Positions 59,650 to 64,000 of a DNA stretch of 64,000 bases are shown here, in pieces (positions within the stretch are counted from its first letter, which is position 1; every line of letters begins with the position of its first letter). The stretch is from positions 283 through 64,282 of the forward strand of contig UQQQ01000003.1 of assembly GCA_900543165.1 (NCBI GenBank), given 5' to 3'. Made by a program: the position numbers and the translations under genes. The notes under the pieces were generated by a model that saw only the letters and a program-made list of their open reading frames with translations, was not told where the DNA came from and made no database searches. The DNA is from an uncultured Dialister sp. (GTDB taxonomy: Bacteria > Bacillota > Negativicutes > Veillonellales > Dialisteraceae).

Positions 59650-60666
59650 ATGATTATCGTTATGAAACAGAGTGCACCGCTGACAGAGATCGAAAGACTC
59701 GAAGATGAGCTTCGCGAGAAGGGTTTCCAAGTCGACAGAAGCCGCGGCTCGAGCAAGGTTGTGCTGGGACTTGTCGGAGACACGACGAGCCTCGATGAGC
59801 GCGATTTCCTGAGTAATGAATGGGTCGACAAGGTCATGCGCGTGCAGGAACCATACAAGCGGGCGAGCCGCGCCTTCCATCCGCAGGACTCGGTCATCGA
59901 TGTCGCGGGCGTGAAGGTCGGCGGGAAGAAGCTCGTCGTCATGGCAGGGCCGTGCTCCATCGAGACACCGGCGCAGATCGGCGCCATTGCATCGGCGGTG
60001 AAGGCATCCGGCGCATCGATGCTGCGCGGCGGCGCGTTCAAGCCGAGAACGTCCCCCTACTCTTTTCAGGGACTTGGCGAGAAAGGGCTCGATATGCTGA
60101 TCTCCGCGGCCAGAGAAGAGAAGCTCCCCGTCGTGACCGAGCTCATGAGTGCAGACAAGATCGGCATGTTCCTGGAGAAGAAGGTCGACCTCATCCAGAT
60201 CGGCGCGAGAAATATGCAGAACTTCGATCTTCTGAAAGCGGTCGGCCGTCTCCATGTGCCGGTGCTTCTGAAGCGCGGCATGTCGGCGACGATCGAGGAA
60301 TGGCTGATGAGTGCGGAATACATCATGTCGGAAGGAAATCACAACGTCATCCTCTGCGAGCGCGGCATTCGTACTTTTGAAAAGGCGACAAGAAATACAC
60401 TCGACCTTTCGGCGGTGGTAGCGGTGAAGCGCATGAGCCACCTGCCGATCATCGTCGATCCGAGCCACGCGACCGGCCGCCGCTGGATGGTAGAGTCCAT
60501 GGCCATGGCAGCGATCGCCGCCGGCGCCGATGGCATCATGTGCGAGGTACATAATGATCCCGAGCATGCATGGTGCGATGGCGCAGAGTCCATCACGCCG
60601 GAGACTTTTGATCATATGATGGGAAATCTCAGAAAACTCGCCCCGATCGTGGGAAGAGAAATATAG
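59650..60666 (+). CDS. aroG: 3-deoxy-7-phosphoheptulonate (DAHP) synthase, class I-beta, with N-terminal regulatory domain.
   Basis: …LVVMAGPCSIE…GGAFKPRTSPYSFQG… …IVDPSHATGRR… RBS GAGGAGG. TAG stop followed by heptamer repeats. Confidence 0.75.
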   Translation: MIIVMKQSAPLTEIERLEDELREKGFQVDRSRGSSKVVLGLVGDTTSLDERDFLSNEWVDKVMRVQEPYKRASRAFHPQDSVIDVAGVKVGGKKLVVMAGPCSIETPAQIGAIASAVKASGASMLRGGAFKPRTSPYSFQGLGEKGLDMLISAAREEKLPVVTELMSADKIGMFLEKKVDLIQIGARNMQNFDLLKAVGRLHVPVLLKRGMSATIEEWLMSAEYIMSEGNHNVILCERGIRTFEKATRNTLDLSAVVAVKRMSHLPIIVDPSHATGRRWMVESMAMAAIAAGADGIMCEVHNDPEHAWCDGAESITPETFDHMMGNLRKLAPIVGREI

Positions 60667-60669
60667 GGG

Positions 60670-61520
60670 AATCAGTGACTGGTGACTAGTGACTGGTGAC
60701 TGGGAGATGGCAGACTCTTGTATCGTCATTTCGAGCGTAAGCGAGAAATCTTTGTCATTTGCGGTCAGAAGTACGATGTCAGAAAATCCCAAACGGGAAA
60801 CCTGTTATCCTCCAGACTTCGGGCATCGCCCTTTATAAAAATCGACGCGAAGCGTCGCTCCGCCTAAGCCTTCCCCATGGCGGGAAGGACTTTGGACTTC
60901 TCCCTCCTTTCTTTGGAAGGAGGTGCCCCGAAGGGGCGGAGGTTGGCTCCCGCAGCGGGATGAGACGAAATGTGAGACAGCCCGTCCTCCCGTTTCGTCA
61001 TCCCGAGCGCAGCCGAGGGATTTTTCTTGTCGCAGCGGTGTACGGCATGCATGCGGCTGCTCAGAAAACCGCTCAGGCGCTCATCTCACACTCTCCGTTT
61101 CACCGGTGTGCAAGGGAAGATTTCTCGCTTCGCTCGAAATGACAATACGGGGAAGGCGATACTCTCATTTTCCGCCCTTGAGACGTATTTCCTCTCTCTT
61201 TCATACCGCCGGTGCCCTATCCGCCCCTACGGGGCACCTTCCCCTCGAGGGGAAGGCTGATGATGCGAGAATACCATCATCTAACATGGCGGCGAAGCCG
61301 CCAACATAAGTTCGAAAGCAGGGATGATTAGTAGCTAGGGATTAGGAGCCTCGAGTGACTAGTGACTTGTGACTGGTGACTTAAATGCCACTTTCGGGTA
61401 TCGCTATTATTTTTACTCGCGGCGCTTCCTTATTTTTATGCGCCGCACCAGCACTCCTAACTCCTCACTGGCGAGCAAAGCTTTCATCCCCGATCAAAGG
61501 ACAGCACGCCCCACGGGCTA
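60670..61520. repeat. 850-bp composite repeat block between aroG and tyrA.
   Basis: TCGTATCGTCATTTCGAGCG modules, GC-hairpin modules in both orientations, heptamers, module A. Confidence 0.8.
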
Positions 61521-61593
61521 ACCCTTGAACCCGCTCCCTATCATATATTACAATGACCATAGCAACACAATTTCAATAGAAAAGAGCACACAC

Positions 61594-62463
61594 ATGGACA
61601 GCAATCACGACTTTAGCCACTTTACGATCGCCGTCATCGGCCTTGGACTGATGGGCGGCTCCTTCGCCAAACGTTTTAAGGCCATCGGCAGCCGCGTCAT
61701 CGGGATCAACCGCACGACCAGTGTCGCGCAGGAAGCGCTTCGGATGGGGATCGTGGATTCGATTTCCGAAGAGGATCTGAAAGACGCAGACATCGTCATT
61801 TTCTGCACGCCGGAAAAGGGGACGATGGCATTCATTGAAAAGAAACTCGGCCTTTTGAAGAAGGATGCCGTGCTGACAGACATCGCCGGCGTGAAGAATG
61901 ATTTCGCGGAAAAGATCCAGGCGAAGCTCCCGGAAGGGATGGATTTCATCAGTGGGCATCCGATGTGCGGGCATGAGGGCGCAGGACTCTCGCAGTCGGA
62001 CGCAGAGATTTTCCTCGGTGCGAACTACGTCATCATCCCGCAGGAGGGAAACAGTGCCTCGCACATCGCGCTCATCGAGGAGATGGCGCGCGCTCTCGGC
62101 TGCCGGCATGTGCCGAAGGTGACGGCCGATGCGCATGACCGCGCGATCGCTTACACGAGCGATCTCACGCATGTCATCGCGACGGCGCTCATTCAGAGCG
62201 AGTCCTATAATAAAGAAACGAAGTATTTCATGGGCGGCTCTTTCCGCGATGAGACACGCGTGGCGGATATCAATGACCGTCTGTGGACATCGCTTTTCCT
62301 GTCGAACCGGCAGAAGCTGCTGGATGAGATCGACCGCTTCAGCGAGAAGCTGCAGGTGCTGCGGGATGCGATCGAGAGAGAGGACAGCGAGGGGATGGAG
62401 GATTTTCTGAATGAGGCAGGCAGACGAAGGAGGGAACTCATGCATGAAGACAGTGAAGGTTGA
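61594..62463 (+). CDS. tyrA: Prephenate dehydrogenase.
   Basis: …FTIAVIGLGLMGGSFAKR… Rossmann fold plus TyrA C-terminal domain. Confidence 0.7.
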   Translation: MDSNHDFSHFTIAVIGLGLMGGSFAKRFKAIGSRVIGINRTTSVAQEALRMGIVDSISEEDLKDADIVIFCTPEKGTMAFIEKKLGLLKKDAVLTDIAGVKNDFAEKIQAKLPEGMDFISGHPMCGHEGAGLSQSDAEIFLGANYVIIPQEGNSASHIALIEEMARALGCRHVPKVTADAHDRAIAYTSDLTHVIATALIQSESYNKETKYFMGGSFRDETRVADINDRLWTSLFLSNRQKLLDEIDRFSEKLQVLRDAIEREDSEGMEDFLNEAGRRRRELMHEDSEG

Positions 62464-63511
62464 TCTGGGAAGTGATTCGTATCGGATCGAGATCGGGCGC
62501 GGTCTTCTTTCAAGCGTCGGTGAAAAGCTGAAGCAGCTGACGAAGGCGGAGAAGATCGCCGTCGTGACGGATGACCATGTGCGCCGCATCTATGGAGAAA
62601 GGATCAGAGAGGTCCTCAAGGGAGCCGGCTTTGATGTGAAAGTGATCGCCATACCGGCAGGGGAGGCCAGCAAGAATCTCCGTGTCTTCGGTGATGTACT
62701 GGAGGCGCTTGCCGGCTTTGATATGTCAAGAAGCGATGCGCTCGTGACACTCTCCGGCGGCGTCCCGGGGGATCTCGGGGGATTTGCCGCCGCCTCCTAC
62801 ATGAGAGGCATTGATTTCTTCCAGATCCCGACCACCATCCTGGCGCAGATCGACAGCTCTGTCGGCGGCAAGGTCGCTGTCGACCTTCCGAGCGGGAAGA
62901 ATCTGGCAGGCGCGTTCTATCAGCCCAAGGGCGTCTTCATCGATCCAGACCTGCTCTCCACCCTGCCGCCCCGCTATGTGCATGACGGTCTGGCTGAAGC
63001 GGTGAAGTACGGATGCATCGGCGACCGTGAGCTTTTCGAGCTCTTCGAGTCCATTGAGACGGAGGAAGATCTGGAGAAGAACATCGAGGAAATCATCCTG
63101 CGGAGCGTCCTGCAGAAGACGAAATTCGTAGAAGAAGACCAGTACGACAATGGCAGCCGGCAGATGTTGAACTTCGGTCACACCATCGGGCATGCCATCG
63201 AGCGTTACTTCCATTACAATACCTACACCCACGGCGAAGGCGTCGCGATCGGCATGAGTCTCCTCTCTGCGCAGAGTGAGAAGCTCGGCTATACAGAGCG
63301 CGGATGCACCGACCGCCTGCGCGCCGTCCTGAAGAAGCTCGCTCTTCCGACCGCCATCGGTGTTTCGGCAAAGGAGCTCATCCCGCATGTGCTGCACGAT
63401 AAGAAACGCCGCGGTAAAGAAATCACCTTAGTCGTCATGAAAGAAATCGGCCGCGCTGAACTCGTGAAAGTCCCGACAGAAGAGCTCGCCGACTGGATCG
63501 TGACGGAATAG
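62444..63511 (+). CDS. aroB: 3-dehydroquinate synthase.
   Basis: MKTVKVDLGSDSYRIEIGRG… RBS AAGGAGG. Overlaps the tyrA end. Confidence 0.75.
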   Translation: MKTVKVDLGSDSYRIEIGRGLLSSVGEKLKQLTKAEKIAVVTDDHVRRIYGERIREVLKGAGFDVKVIAIPAGEASKNLRVFGDVLEALAGFDMSRSDALVTLSGGVPGDLGGFAAASYMRGIDFFQIPTTILAQIDSSVGGKVAVDLPSGKNLAGAFYQPKGVFIDPDLLSTLPPRYVHDGLAEAVKYGCIGDRELFELFESIETEEDLEKNIEEIILRSVLQKTKFVEEDQYDNGSRQMLNFGHTIGHAIERYFHYNTYTHGEGVAIGMSLLSAQSEKLGYTERGCTDRLRAVLKKLALPTAIGVSAKELIPHVLHDKKRRGKEITLVVMKEIGRAELVKVPTEELADWIVTE

Positions 63512-63958
63512 AAGAAGGGGTTTAGGGTTCAGGGTTGTGGTGGCGGCTTCGCCGCAAATATAAATTCGGCGCTTTGCGCCGTACCACTTAGCCTTCCCCA
63601 TTGGGGAAGGGGGACCGCGCTAGCGGTGGATAGGGTACCGCCGTTATCCGCACACTGACACGAACGCATTTTCGGCTGATTCATTTACCTTTCATGCCGC
63701 TTGTGCCCTATCCGCCTCGCTTTGCTCGGCACCTTCCCCGCAAGGGGGGCTGACGATACGAGGGAAACCTGCGATCAAGAGACCTTCGGGCATCGCCCTA
63801 TTTATACTTTGCGGCGCTTCTGATTTTTATGCGCCGCACCACCACTCCTAACTCCTAACTCCTCACTTCTAACTTAGAGAGCAAAGCTTTCATCCCCAAT
63901 CAAGGGGCGGCACGCCCCGAATCCCTAAACCTCGAACCCTTTCCTCCAAGGAGTACCA

Positions 63959-64000
63959 CTATGCATATCACCATCACCCCCACGCCGCTTTCCGGCGTGA
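63959..64000 (+). CDS. Start of next gene (possibly EPSP synthase AroA), partial.
   Basis: RBS AAGGAG. MHITITPTPLSGV…. Confidence 0.3.
   Translation, partial: LCISPSPPRRFPA

Overview
This is a high-GC (~58-60%) bacterial chromosomal window. The gene mix suggests a diderm Firmicute (Negativicutes/Selenomonadaceae-like); the diderm Firmicute is an inference from gene content (TpsAB secretion with an ESPR signal peptide, MlaD, BioW, LonB-like protease, T-box), the lineage itself is a guess. Two things dominate it. (1) Positions 1556-18198 hold a two-partner-secretion locus: a tpsB (ShlB/FhaC-family) transporter gene followed by a giant (~4,870 codon) tpsA filamentous-hemagglutinin-like adhesin gene. 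Both are interrupted by different kinds of lesion. These are an (AT)3 dinucleotide tract in tpsB, a G7 tract in tpsA, a perfect 7-bp tandem duplication, an in-frame TAG and further single-base shifts. That pattern points to phase variation and/or pseudogenisation, possibly compounded by homopolymer sequencing error. (2) Intergenic space is densely filled with one family of mosaic, modular repeat elements that recur in both orientations between almost every gene. Many gene 3' ends run into these repeats and take their stop codon, and sometimes their last few amino acids, from them. The modules are: a ~150-bp 'GAAATTAGAAATGAGAAATGCGAAATGGTGGTGCGGCGCATAAAAAT...GGGCGATGCCCGAAGG' unit; a ~230-bp GC-hairpin unit ('CCTTCCCCTCGAGGGGAAGGTGCCCCGAAGGGGCGGATAGGGCAC...'); a 'TCGTATCGTCATTTCGAGCG..GAGAAATCTT' unit; a ~165-bp MITE with 21-bp terminal inverted repeats (TIRs); and tandem heptamer arrays (CACTAGT, GGGATTA, AACCCTG, AGTCTGA). 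Between the repeats sit ordinary genes: larA, a cupin, a Lon-like protease, corA, ydjC-like, an EamA transporter, a nitroreductase, mlaD, a relP-like alarmone synthetase with a two-component system, an Fe-alcohol dehydrogenase, a BASS transporter, an ABC transporter, bioW-bioF, def, and an aroG-tyrA-aroB-aroA cluster. The most interesting accessory module is a McrBC-like pair at 34514-38372: a McrB-family AAA+ GTPase carrying a ~380-aa unrecognised N-terminal domain, translationally coupled to a PD-(D/E)xK nuclease partner, bracketed by repeats. This is a candidate modification-dependent restriction/defence system with a novel reader domain. Regulatory RNA candidates are a T-box leader (Ile specifier, tentative) upstream of the BASS transporter, a tyrosine-rich leader-peptide attenuator upstream of DAHP synthase, a candidate BirA operator upstream of bioW, and an unclassified structured leader at ~52770-52990. 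Coordinates refined by hand may be off by ±1.
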